Shown piece by piece: positions 42,024-53,435 of a stretch of DNA of 64,000 bases (within the stretch, counting starts at the first letter, position 1; each line of letters opens with the position of its first letter). The notes beneath the pieces were generated by a model that saw only the letters and a program-made list of their open reading frames with translations, did no database searches and had not been told where the DNA came from. Both the position numbers and the translations under genes were made by a program. Source of the stretch: Octopus sinensis (Eukaryota); NCBI RefSeq assembly GCF_006345805.1, contig NC_042997.1, positions 100,812,001 to 100,876,000 of the forward strand, in the 5' to 3' direction.

Positions 42024-42995
42024 TTGGAATTTTTCTGGAGTTGGACGTGTTTTTTTCCACCGTGAGTTAAATTGTTAATACTGTTGTCTTAACTGTTTTG
42101 CGTTTAGCGACATTTTGTTTTGATGCCTACAGCGGCTTTGTTGACGCTTTCCCCCCCTTGTTTGAAGGTGAATGTTGCCTGGCTGTTACCCGCCATCCTG
42201 TTACAGGCCAAACGTGGAACGTGGAATTGGCAAGGACATGGTCTGGAAATAATAATCCAGGCCGCCCAGGGGACTTGGAGAAGATGGCGGAAACCATCAC
42301 AGTAGGTGAAGAAGTGAAACTGAGAGTCGTGGAGGAGGGCAGGATGCCCCCGATGTTTTAAATGTGGCCAAAAAGGCCACATAAAGCAAAATGCTCTCCG
42401 TCTGGCTTAAAGGTACCAACACAGGAAGTCTTGCGACGCCGTGTGATGCGGTAGTGCGCGAGTAGGAGCCGGATAAGGAGGAAGAGAGGCAGAAGAAAAA
42501 AAAGAATGGAATATACAGGCCAAGAAGAGGAAAAGAGGAAAAAAGAACTGAAGCGAAACCCCGTCCTACTCCATTCTAACAAACGGTTAAGAAAAGAAAA
42601 TTTAAAAAATGAACTTCCCTGTGTCGGTGGACGTGTCGGGGTGTGAGGGATTTCTCGAGCAGTCCGGATGTACCCTTGTGAGTGATGAAGAATGGAATAG
42701 ACTGATAGGAAAGTATGGGACAGAGATTACGGACTTGAATATGGAAATCGATACAAGTAGCCACCAACCCTGGGCTTTTCGTAACCTTTATTTCGGAAAC
42801 GATTAACTGATGATAATGTTATGAATTCATTGTTTTGTAAACGTGTTAAAAAGTTTAAATGAAGTCGCTCGGATTGTGGGGTCGAGCGACCTTCGTTTCA
42901 TCTATCCATTCTTTTTCACAATATCTTGTTTCATTCGATTTTTGCCCCCACTTGTGCTGTCCTTGTATTGCCCCTTATGGGCAATAAAGAATTCG
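42024..42995 (+). mobile_element. Non-autonomous retroelement with a zinc-knuckle ORF1 remnant (L1/Tx1-like)
   Basis: Frameshifted RCFKCGQKGHIK(A)KC (CX2CX4HX4C) at about 42352-42394. AATAAA at 42983. Possible diverged 18-bp TSD at 42006-42023 / 42996-43013. Confidence 0.55.
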
Positions 42996-43429
42996 TATCA
43001 ACTGTTAACATTTACAATTATTATGAAAAAATTATACTGGATTACAACAATGAAAATCTCTCAAAACTGTCGGATTACTATTTGGAAATTTATACAGAAT
43101 TTGTATGACTCATATCTATACCATTATGAATTAACTAACTCTTATAAACACGGCTAACATTTAAGAACGGTTTTCTTCCTTTTATATCTCTGAAAAATGG
43201 TTATGCAGCTTCAATATGATTATCATTTCGATTTCATTCAGATAAAATACATAATTATGAAATGATTGTAAGAATTTTTATACATCTTCTTATACTCTAT
43301 TATACATTCCTATTCTAGTCATTTACGTGGTTATGCAATTCTATATGTTAATATACTTCTGTAACTATTCCAAATATACTTATTCCATTCTCTCTTATAT
43401 TCTAATATATATATATGTATATATATATT

Positions 43430-44500
43430 TAAAATCTTAGGGAATAATAAGTATTCCAGGTTATCAGGACATTTACTATTTTACACTTTACTAATGTAAT
43501 GTAAACAGTATCATTTATAATATTATTACAAATTTGGTATTTTACCAATAGAACTGCAACTCCTATTTCAGGATAACTTTATTGTATGGAATATACATAG
43601 AGAGTTATATCCAATAAAATAAATTAAGCAGTTAAAAAACCTACTATAAAATACAATAAAATTATTTGAAAATATATATAACTCACCTGTTATTAGTCTG
43701 TGGAGAAAGAAGGTATTTCTGATCAATGATACATGTGTTTCTGCGCTGGTGGGATGTTTATCAAGGCTATACTTAATACATAAATCCACAAGTGCTTCCT
43801 AAGGCTATTTATCTTATTGTTATTATTATTAACGGATCAAAGTTAAAATACATAGAAGTCATATTAAATAGAAAAATAAGAATATGAATAAAAATATTTA
43901 AAAAATATATAAATTACAAATGTATTTTTAAAAGTAAAAAAATAAAAAATAGATTAAACACCTAAATTACAATACCGATATATATAGAAAGTGCTAAACC
44001 TAAGGAAATCCTCAACGATCATATTATAAACACATCAAATCCTACAACCTCTCTGTATAAAAATTATGGGAATTGATAATTTAGTGCAAAGTTTACCCCA
44101 TCTATACAAGTATAAATTACCATTTTTTTATGTCAAACGTAAGTTAATTGTATTTAAAAAGTTTATTTAGTTAAAACCACTATTAAATAGAAGTAAATGT
44201 TTGAGTTCGAAATAAGGAATTATTGTGGAAAAAGAAGAGATAGGTAATATTGAGGGAAATAAGAGAATGAACGTAGAAGTAAAATATAAAACATTGTAGT
44301 TGCAGTTCCATTATTCGAATAAAGTGATGTATAGAAGTGGCAAAATAGCTTCATGTACATGGTATGTAAGTTCCAGTAGTAGTTCATGTTTAGTCATTTC
44401 TAAGTATGGAGCCGTAGATTCTGTGTTACTCATTCGAAGGGTTTTTTTTGGTGTGAATGAAAATTTGAGAATGTATTGGTAGTATTTGTGGATAGATGGT
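43430..44500 (-). mobile_element. Probable decayed PLE ORF fragment
   Basis: Weak similarity of minus-strand fragments (KTLRMSNT, YVHE) to PLE RT-endonuclease linker motifs. Adjacent to a PLE-type inverted repeat. Confidence 0.35.
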
Positions 44501-45023
44501 GGGGGTGAGATGTGTATGATTAGAATGAGGAGATAGGTCAAAATGAAGACAGGAAGAGAAAATGAGAGGAAGGAAGAAAAAAGAAAAAGGGCAAACAAAT
44601 AATAAAAAGAGAGAAAAGAAGAGAGAAAAAATGAAAAGAGTGAAAAAAGGGAAGAAAAGTGAAGAAAGAGTGAAAGAAGTGAGAAAAGGAGTGTTAGTTG
44701 GTGGTCAAGATACTGTGAGGGGTAGATAGGAGAGGAGTGGGGGAGGGGTGGATAGGAAGAGATGAGAAGGTAAGGAGTGAATAAGTTTAAGATATGTGAG
44801 TAGGGGTGATATGATAAGGCTGTATCAAGGGATGGCTAGAGGTAAGGTATGGGTAGGGTGATACCAAAGTGAGTAGTGGTTTTAGTAGTGAAATTTAAAG
44901 TAGAACGAAGAATACAAGGATGCCAAATTTCTATAAATAGACGTATGTGATAGGTTAGTGTGATAGGTAAGGATCAGAGAGGAGGAAAGAAGGTGTAATG
45001 ACACACGTACGCGCACACATACG

Positions 45024-45087
<64 letters not shown>

Positions 45088-45381
45088 GTGCGCAATGCGT
45101 ATATACATATATACACACGGATATACATATACATATACATAAACGTGCATGCTCACGCGCATCCATAATGTATGTATGCGCACGCATATACGTGTATGGA
45201 AGTCAACAAGAAGTAGTACGGTTGGACAATCCATACTTCTTGACTACAATTTCTTCAATTTTATATTTATATATATATATATGTGTGTGTGTATACAGAT
45301 ATTATACACACATACATACATATATATGCACACGTGCACACACAGAGAGACACACACACACATATATATATAGAAAGAGAA

Positions 45382-45453
<72 letters not shown>

Positions 45454-45514
45454 TGCGAAAAATTAAAGTAAGTTGGTGAAGTTATTTCTATTGATGTTAT
45501 GATTTACTTTTCAG

Positions 45515-45628
45515 GCTTTCTTCTCCGTTGTTACTGGAGGTCTCAGTCTTGGCCAAGCAGGTCCTGCCATTCAAAGTATTTCAGAAGCTCAATCAGCAGC
45601 TTTCGAGGTTTTCAATGTTTTGGATACG
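45515..45628 (+). CDS. ABCB1: ABCB1-like exon (TM6)
   Basis: ttttcag|...|gtaagc. AFFSVVTGGLSLGQAGPAIQSISEAQSAAFEVFNVLDT. 114 nt. Confidence 0.95.
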
Positions 45629-46609
45629 GTAAGCAGAATGTTTTAAAGCAAAGAATCTCTCACTTTTATAATTTGTATCGTCGTGGTATGCAAGAACATT
45701 GTTGCATTTTTGGCAAACTGAATTTACAACTCGATTTTGATTCGACACACTAGCATCTTTGATTAATAATATCTTTAAATAATGACTTCAGTGAAGGCGC
45801 ATGACCTAGGGATTAATGTTAGTGGTTAAGTGGCTTACAATTATAAGGTCATGAATTCGACACTCGGTGGCGCTTTGTCTTGGAGCAAGACACTTCATTT
45901 CACGGTGCTTCTGTTTACTTACCTGGCAAAAATGAGTAGTACCTGTATTTTAAAGGGCTATCCCTGTCGCGCGGAATCTCCCAGAGAACTACGTTAAGGG
46001 TACGTGTGTGTATCTGTGGATTGCTCAGTTACTTGAACGTTAATTTCATGAGCTGTTCCGTTGATCGGGTCAACTGGAACCCACGTCGCCTGAAGGAAAT
46101 AATAATTTCACAGGCTGTCTCAATATTGTTTCTTATATACGCTTGTTAACTTTCTTAATGTGATATCGCGTTGTAAAGTGATGAAGTAGCGAAGGGGTAA
46201 TAAAAGAAATATACAAAGCTATTTAAATTCAAAACTTACCATTTCATTTAAACAATTGATAAATAGGGTTGATTGGAAATACTACTTTATCTGCTCCATA
46301 TGTCTAAATTTTCAAACATTAATAAGTTGTAATTATCGGTATCGTCTATGATCTGGGTTAGCAGTTTGGGTTACACGTAGAGGAGGGCAGATGAACACGG
46401 AAAGTATGCTTAAGATGGTGTCGAACCAGCATTTTTAAGGAGCAGTTGTCGTTATAATGATGATAGGAAAGATGACAGACAATATCGTGTCGAAGAATGT
46501 TTGTATCCTTCGATACCCTTTAATATATTTATAAACAAGCAGATATCGCCCTTGCTTCTCATGAACCTAGAAATACGTGTGGTTAATGCTCGTGAGTAAA
46601 ATATGTTAC

Positions 46610-47111
46610 GTACATTATTTACATTTGACGGATATTTGTCCTCATCTTGTTTGTTGTTAACACAACGTTTCGGCTGATATATCCTCCAGCCTTCTTCAGG
46701 TGTCTTAGGAAATTTCGAACCTGGGTTCTCATTCCGAAGGTATTTTTCAATGTTATTATTATTATTATCTTTAAGGTCACTGCCTAGAATCGAACTCGGA
46801 ATCTTGGGGTTAGTAGCCCGCGCTCTTAATCACTACGCCCACTGGCATATGGCGTAGTGGTTAAGAGCGCGGGCCACTAACACAAAGATTCCGAGTTCGA
46901 TTCGAGGCACTGACCTGAATAACAACAACAACAACAACAACATTGAAAAATACCTTAGGAATGAGAACACCGGTTCGAAATTTCCCCAAGACACCTGATG
47001 AAGGCTGGAGGGTATATCAGCCGAAATGTTGTGTTAACAACAAACAAGATGAGGACAAATATCCGTCAAATGTAAATAATGTACATAATTCCTCATCTCT
47101 TAAATATAGAA
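46610..47111. mobile_element. Palindromic tRNA-headed hammerhead SINE (family C), uninterrupted copy
   Basis: Arms 46610-46839 and 46851-47084 lie head to head around an 11-nt spacer, plus a 27-nt unpaired tail. Each arm has a tRNA-like head (GGCGTAGTGGTTAAG...GAGTTCGATTC), (AAT/AAC)n and a hammerhead. Confidence 0.85.
46659..46704 (-). ncRNA. Minimal type I hammerhead motif, core intact
   Basis: GACAC-CTGAAGA-A-GGCTG-gaggatatat-CAGCC-GAAA-CG-TT-GTGTT. The mirror copy at 46990-47035 (+) has CG>TG in stem III. Confidence 0.7.
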
Positions 47112-48329
47112 AATATGTTACAATTATAAAGAGGATCCTAATCTTAAAACAAGTTTTAGGTTGATGATATCATTTGAGGTAATCATTATGGTATGTATTT
47201 GTACAGTGAGATTTTAGTTACTCATGATCAAAGTGATGTTATATATTTTCCAATTAATGAGTAGTGTTTGCGTTCAGGGCAGTTAAATGTCAGTAGTTAT
47301 AGAAACTCTATTATTGAAAGTATATGTGTAGACAGGAAAATTCTATTGTTGGTGTTACTTCTGATAATCGGAGGTTTTTTTTTTGTGAGATAATATAGAT
47401 AATTTAATAGCGTCAACTGATTTTGTAGGCACCGCTAGATATGAAATAATGTTTGGTTGTGTTTTGGAAGTATGAAATTCAAAGAACAAAAGGAAAAGAA
47501 ATCAATGCATTTATCTAACAGAATAGATTGATATATTAAATAAATCCTGCTGGTTTTTAATTAGCAATTTACTAGCATTCTACAGATGTCAGATTTAAAT
47601 TGTTGGATCTATTTCATCTCCAAATTGCTTTTCAAAGTCATCTATTGATGCAGGAGCACTAAATCAGTGGTTCTCAACCACTTTTTTTTTTACCTATAGA
47701 CCCCTTTGATTTTTATTTTACTTGGGTGGACTCTCACATTTAATTTTTAATAAAACCCTATTGTATTTTTATAATTAAACATTATTAGGAATTGTATAAA
47801 AATATTAAAATAATGTATTGTAAAAGTGTAACCAGAAAATGTTTGCAACATAATTTTATATGGTCCCAGGTTGAGATTTAGACTCCGGCTCTAAATTAAC
47901 CAATTCTATCATTTAGCCGATTTATTTTACATACAGCAAAGACGAAATTAAGAAGATATATAGTGTTTCAAAACTGTTCTTAATGGAATATAGATATTAG
48001 TTTCATTTAATCTTAGTTTATTCACAATAGGAAGGTAATTCAATCGGAAAAGGCTTAAACTAAATATTCCTTCAGATACCTAAATTTGGCGATTTATCTA
48101 ATTTGTGACAGTATCTAGAAGCGTCTTAGAAGAAAGAAAAAATATTAACACCTACGAGTTATGTTCAATCTTGCGTTATATGAGTATTTTCTAAAGATTT
48201 GAAAAAAGACTTCTCTTTCGTTATAAAATATCTTATCTTATAGAAACACTTGAAAAATATAGCAGAGTACCAACTGTGTAATACGAATAGATATTACATG
48301 GAACTTCTATTTTAAAATGCTCAGTACAG

Positions 48330-48670
48330 GTGCAGGTGTAGCTGTGTGGTAAGAAGCTTGCTTCTCAATCACATGATTCTGGGTTCAGTGCGTGACACTT
48401 AGGGAAAGCGTCTTCTTCTATAGCCTTGGATCGACCAAAGCCTGAGAGGATTTGGTAGACGGAAAATGAAAGCCCATCGTGTATGTATATATATATATGT
48501 AAATGTGTGTGTGTGTATGTGTGTTCCCACAACTTAGCGGTTCGGCAAAAGAACTGATAGAACATGTACTAGGCTTTAAAAAGTACTGGAGTCGATTCAT
48601 TCGACTAAAACTTCTTCAATGCGATGCCCCAGCATGGCCATAGTCTAATGACTGAAACAAAAATAAAAGA
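48330..48670 (+). mobile_element. tRNA-derived CORE-like SINE (family B)
   Basis: Diverged copy of 49037-49447. Confidence 0.75.
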
Positions 48671-48765
48671 TTATAGAAAAAGATAAATGCGTAAAAATTT
48701 CCATCTAAAATAAAGTTAAAATAATCTTTTCTTGCTCTTAAACTAATCCTTTCTCAACTTTTCAG

Positions 48766-48876
48766 GAACCTTCTATTGATAATTTATCAAAACGTGGTTC
48801 ATCAGCGGAAAACATCAACGGTAATATTATCTTCAAAGAGGTTTACTTCAATTATCCTTCACGACCTGATGTTCCC
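48766..48876 (+). CDS. ABCB1: ABCB1-like exon (NBD1 start, A-loop)
   Basis: ttttcag|...|gtaagt. EPSIDNLSKRGSSAENINGNIIFKEVYFNYPSRPDVP. 111 nt. Confidence 0.96.
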
Positions 48877-49036
48877 GTAAGTATGCAATGTAACACCCGT
48901 TACCTATTTCTCTATCTTCGACGCCCGTTACTTATTTTTCTATCTTCGCACCCATTGCTTATTTCACTATCTTCGATCGCATTGTTTACATACGAAACGT
49001 CGTAACTTTCAGTGCTGGTTCTGATTTCTGTAGAAA

Positions 49037-49447
49037 GAGTGGCTGTATGCTAAGTAGCTTGCTTACCAACCACATGGTTCCGGGTTCAGTCCCACTGCGT
49101 GGCACCTTGGGCAAGTGTCTTCTATTATAGCCTCGGGCCGACCAAAGCCTTGTGAGTGGATTTGGTAGACGGAAACTGAAAGAAGCCCGTCGTATATATG
49201 TATATATTTATATGTATGTGTGCGTGTGTATGTTTGTGTGTCTGTGTTTGTCCCCCCCCCCAACATCGCTTGACAACCGATGGTGGTGTGTTTACGTCCC
49301 CGTAACTTAGCGGTTCGGCAAAAGAGACCGATAGAATAAGTACTGGGCTTACAAAGAATAAGTCTTGGGGTCGATTTTCTCGACTAAAAGGCGGTGTGTT
49401 CCAGCATGGCCACAGTCAAATGACTGAAACAAGTAAAAGAGTAAGAG
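49037..49447 (+). mobile_element. tRNA-derived CORE-like SINE (family B), full length
   Basis: tRNA-like head with GGTTCAGTCCC, CCTTGGGCAAGTGTCTT core, internal (TG)n, and tail CCAGCATGGCCACAG...CTGAAACAAGTAAAAGAGTAA. Confidence 0.85.
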
Positions 49448-49755
49448 AGATAACTTTAAAAAGTGATCTAATCGCCCTGTTAACACAGGTAGGATGCAGT
49501 ATTGACTTAAAAACCTCTAAGATATTGGTAGTATATTATAACTGCATAACGAAATACCAGTAATTAATATGTTATGTCTTTATCAACTAAGACTTAAGTT
49601 TCAATGAAATTTTGTGTACAAAGTAAAAGCTAATGTAGCAATTAATATCATGGACTTTCATACTAGTTAGTTTCACTTGAATATTTTGAATACAAACTAA
49701 GTTTTGTTCATTATCTTAAAATATTGTTTAACTTCTTGATCCAATTAAAATGTTC

Positions 49756-50176
49756 GGATCTTTTCGGTTTGAACGGCAGTTTTTCTAGCGGTGTCATATG
49801 AAATTGTCACCCGTAATTATGACCCTAGTATCGATCTATTGCATTTCAATCTGTTTTAGGGTTAGGGTTAGGGTTTGGGGTGGGGGAAGGGTATCTTTTT
49901 TTCTCGACAAATGTAAATAAACCCAATCTGTTTCTTAAACGAGGGACATATTCATACGGCACAGAATGTTTTCACCTCAATAGACGTCATTGATTGGTTG
50001 AAATTGCAGAAATTGAAGAAAAACAACAACAAATATCTTACAAACTATAGAATTTTCTCAATAAAGTCAAGAGAAAAAGATGTTTTATAAATACATTCTA
50101 CCAGTATACGAAGTTTAAAAGTGTTTAGTTACGTGGAAATTATTTTAAAAAACTGTCGTTCAAACCGAAAATATCC
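49756..50176. mobile_element. Merlin-like MITE
   Basis: TIRs GGATCTTTTCGGTTTGAACGGCAGTTTTT / AAAAACTGTCGTTCAAACCGAAAATATCC. Perfect 8-bp TSD AAATGTTC. Internal (TTAGGG)3. Confidence 0.85.
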
Positions 50177-50602
50177 AAATGTTCTTTTGTGCTGATCTTA
50201 TAAAGAGCAAAATCTCAACAAAACTGCATTGTATGTATGTATGTATGTATGTATGTATGTATGTATGTATGTATGTATGTATGTATGTATGTATATGCTT
50301 ATATTTCCAATTTATATATTCTCTCATATAGATGTGCACAAATTTGCGTGTATGCGTGTATGTGAAGATGCCCACAAATTTTCCTTTGTTTATCTATTTG
50401 TTTACGTACTTATCGAACGACATAACTGGCAAACTATTTGAAAAATATGAATTATCCCGGTGATATTATATTTGTTTTTTTTTTAAATTCACTCTAGAAT
50501 AATTCAAGAAAATATAACTTTTCACCAGCTATATAAATCCACAACTTCTCGATTTGTAACTAGTTTGATAAGTGCCAACGCAAAGAACTCTGTAGCTTCT
50601 GC

Positions 50603-50665
<63 letters not shown>

Positions 50666-50831
50666 AGATAGGGGTTGTAAATTCAACCCTCCATGGGATA
50701 ACATATATCCAATATACTGCTAGAGAAGTACCCAACAAAGCTAATACATAAATGTTAAAAATTGCGATGCAATTAATTCATTTACTGTATTAGGTGGGCA
50801 AAGGTAAAATTATTTTTACCGTAAATTAATA

Positions 50832-51992
50832 ATACAAAATGAGAAAATGGAGAAATATATCTAAATCAATCATCAACTATCAGATAATACCGAATCATAT
50901 ACTTTATTAAAACACTACACAATAGCAATGAGATTAGACATTAATACAGTACAATAATTACAATCAATATGGTGAGATATAACTAAATAAATATAACAAG
51001 ATATAAAAATACATATACATTATAACTGACAGCTGTTTCGGCCATGAAGATAGGTATGTCTCATTTAACCTATTAGCCATATATTGCAGGTATAAATGAG
51101 ACATTAACAAGAATATATTACGGCCTCTTCGGAGATTCTAATGCAAGTATGAGTACAAACCCTAAAATAATTTACATATAAATATAAATATGAGTGCATA
51201 CATACTCATATCCTTACATATATATACATATACATATACACAATAATACAATATACATCAACAAACACAATAATGTTCCATATTGAACACCACAGCTCCT
51301 CAACCAACATCAAGAAACCACAACAGACACACTCACACCCAATGCAGGCATATATATTAAACAGTTCAATATATTAAAATGTGTCACTTCACAAAAAGCC
51401 AATAAAGTTAATACCACCACCATAGTACCATTCAAGGCAAATGGATATCTGCATATATATGCAATCAGTTAAATTCCTCTGTTTGCATGGTATTAATTTC
51501 CACAGATGCATTCGATTGACCTATACTTTTAAATTTGAATTACAATAGATATTTTACGGTTAGTTAGCTAGGAAACATACACACGCGCACGCACATCCAC
51601 AAAACGTGCGCACATACAGACATAGTCATATGTTTACACACAGACATACTCACATACACAACCAAATCATAAATAAATAAATAAATAACATAAGAGGTAC
51701 TATCCCATCTATACACTAAGTGTTTACAAACAGATCCACTCACATATGTCCATAAATCCGTAAATGCAATCATACATATAATTATACCTAGATGTCAGTT
51801 ATAATGTATATGTATTTTTATATCTTATTATATTTATTTAGTTATATCTCACCATATTGATTGTAATTATTGTACTGTATTAATGTCTAATCTCATTGCT
51901 ATTGTGTAGTGTTTTAATAAAGTATATGATTCGGTATTATCTGATAGTTGATGATTGATTTAGATATATTTCTCCATTTTCTCATTTTGTAT
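50832..51992. repeat. 200-bp near-perfect inverted repeat of PLE type
   Basis: 50832-51031 versus 51793-51992 with one mismatch seen. A minus-strand hammerhead remnant lies at 51026-51134. Confidence 0.9.
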
Positions 51993-52379
51993 ATATATAT
52001 ATATATATGGAGAGTTTACGAGAAAAACAAAGGACGAAGACAGGTGGTGTACAAAACAAACAGATGTATTAGTATAACGCTCAGGAATAGAAAAGTATTT
52101 TACGTTTTGAGCCTACACTCTTCCACAGAAAAGGACACAGAAAAAACAAGGAGAGAAGAAAAAAATGTGTGTAGTGGCTAACGATCTATCATGGCGACTG
52201 ATATCTATCTATCTATCTATATATATATGGAAGTTATAATTAATTAATTTAAAGAACAATTTGAATTTTTCAAGTAAAACATGAAGTTCTAAGGAATATA
52301 TATGTCATGTTCAAGGTAGAATTTGGTATTTTGGTGATATCTTTATCTTACTCTAACGAAGCCTCAATCATTATTTTAG

Positions 52380-52505
52380 GTTCTCTCCGGTTTGAATTTT
52401 GTTGCCGAACCAGGTAAAACTGTTGCTTTGGTTGGAACCAGTGGCTGTGGGAAAAGTACTGTAATACAATTAATTCAACGTCTTTATGATATACATAGTG
52501 GAGAG
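52380..52505 (+). CDS. ABCB1: ABCB1-like exon (Walker A)
   Basis: ttttag|...|gtaagt. [42 protein letters not shown]. 126 nt. Confidence 0.97.
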
Positions 52506-52930
52506 GTAAGTTAACATTTTGGTGTTGTACATTTTAGTAACTTCCGCCACAAAGGTGTCTTTAGATTCGCTACATATTTGTGTTACTTAGCTTCGTGTAA
52601 ATGATGGACAACACCTTGTGAACAATTAACAGAAGTTCTATTCACTGGACGTAGTATTTTTCATGTTGGTTCTTGAATGCTGAATACAAACAATGAAACA
52701 ATAATTATATACACGGGAATAGATAAACTTTACAGTTATGATCAAATAGTAAGTAGGCTAGTACAATTCTGTAATTACACTGTCACAACTTGAGAAATAT
52801 CATATTAAATTCAAAACAGGAAACCTGTAGCTGCCAACTTCTCGGTTGAATAAGTAGTTGTTAAAACAACTATTGGCATGCCGTTTCTGCTCCGGGTGAA
52901 AAATGAAAATGGAAATAAGAATGTTGTTCA

Positions 52931-53233
52931 TTATTTACATTATTTACATTTGACGGATATATAAGATTTATAAGCACTAAATTTCACTCCATAATTGCTT
53001 ACGGGCATATGGCGTAGTGGTTAAGAGCGCGGGCTACTAACCCCAAGATTCCGAGTTCTATTCCACGCAGTGATCTGAATAATAATAATAACAACAACAA
53101 CAACATCGAAAAATACCTTAGGAATGAGAACCCAGGTTCGAAATTTCCCCAAGACACCCCATGAAGGCTTGAGGGTATATCCGCCGATAAGATGAGGACA
53201 AATATCCGTCCACTCATCTCTTAAATATAGAAC
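52931..53233 (+). mobile_element. Family C element with most of the left arm deleted
   Basis: Stub of the left arm, then tRNA head, (AAT/AAC)n, decayed hammerhead and the CTCATCTCTTAAATATAGAA tail. Confidence 0.75.
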
Positions 53234-53435
53234 TGAAAAATGTTTTCGTAGCAGCGGTCTCCAACATTCTGAAGGATTAGGTTAGCCGTCAGTGTGGGCA
53301 GTGCTCCGGGAGCAAAATTTGCTTAGTGGGTGCAAACCAAGGTCCAAATTTTTTTACGTAAAAAGAGTTTTTCAATGTTAACATTAAAACAAATGCACGT
53401 ATAATAATAATTTTTATTATTATGATGGTCGGCTA

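Larger units (their letters stand above)
41439..43412. repeat. Inverted repeat of PLE type, arms 41439-41771 and 43068-43412, hammerhead in each arm
   Basis: Reverse-complement arms of about 335 bp around a spacer of about 1.3 kb. Confidence 0.85.

Noticed and set aside
46851-46920. tRNA gene (also 9517 and 53011)
   Set aside because: A and B boxes and an anticodon-like arm are present, but the acceptor stem is poor and the sequence always continues into the same repeat body, so it is a SINE head.
48893-48976. Three ~28-bp repeats just after a splice donor
   Set aside because: A small local tandem duplication with no evidence of function.
49855-49873. Telomere
   Set aside because: Only three TTAGGG units, inside a TIR/TSD-bounded element.
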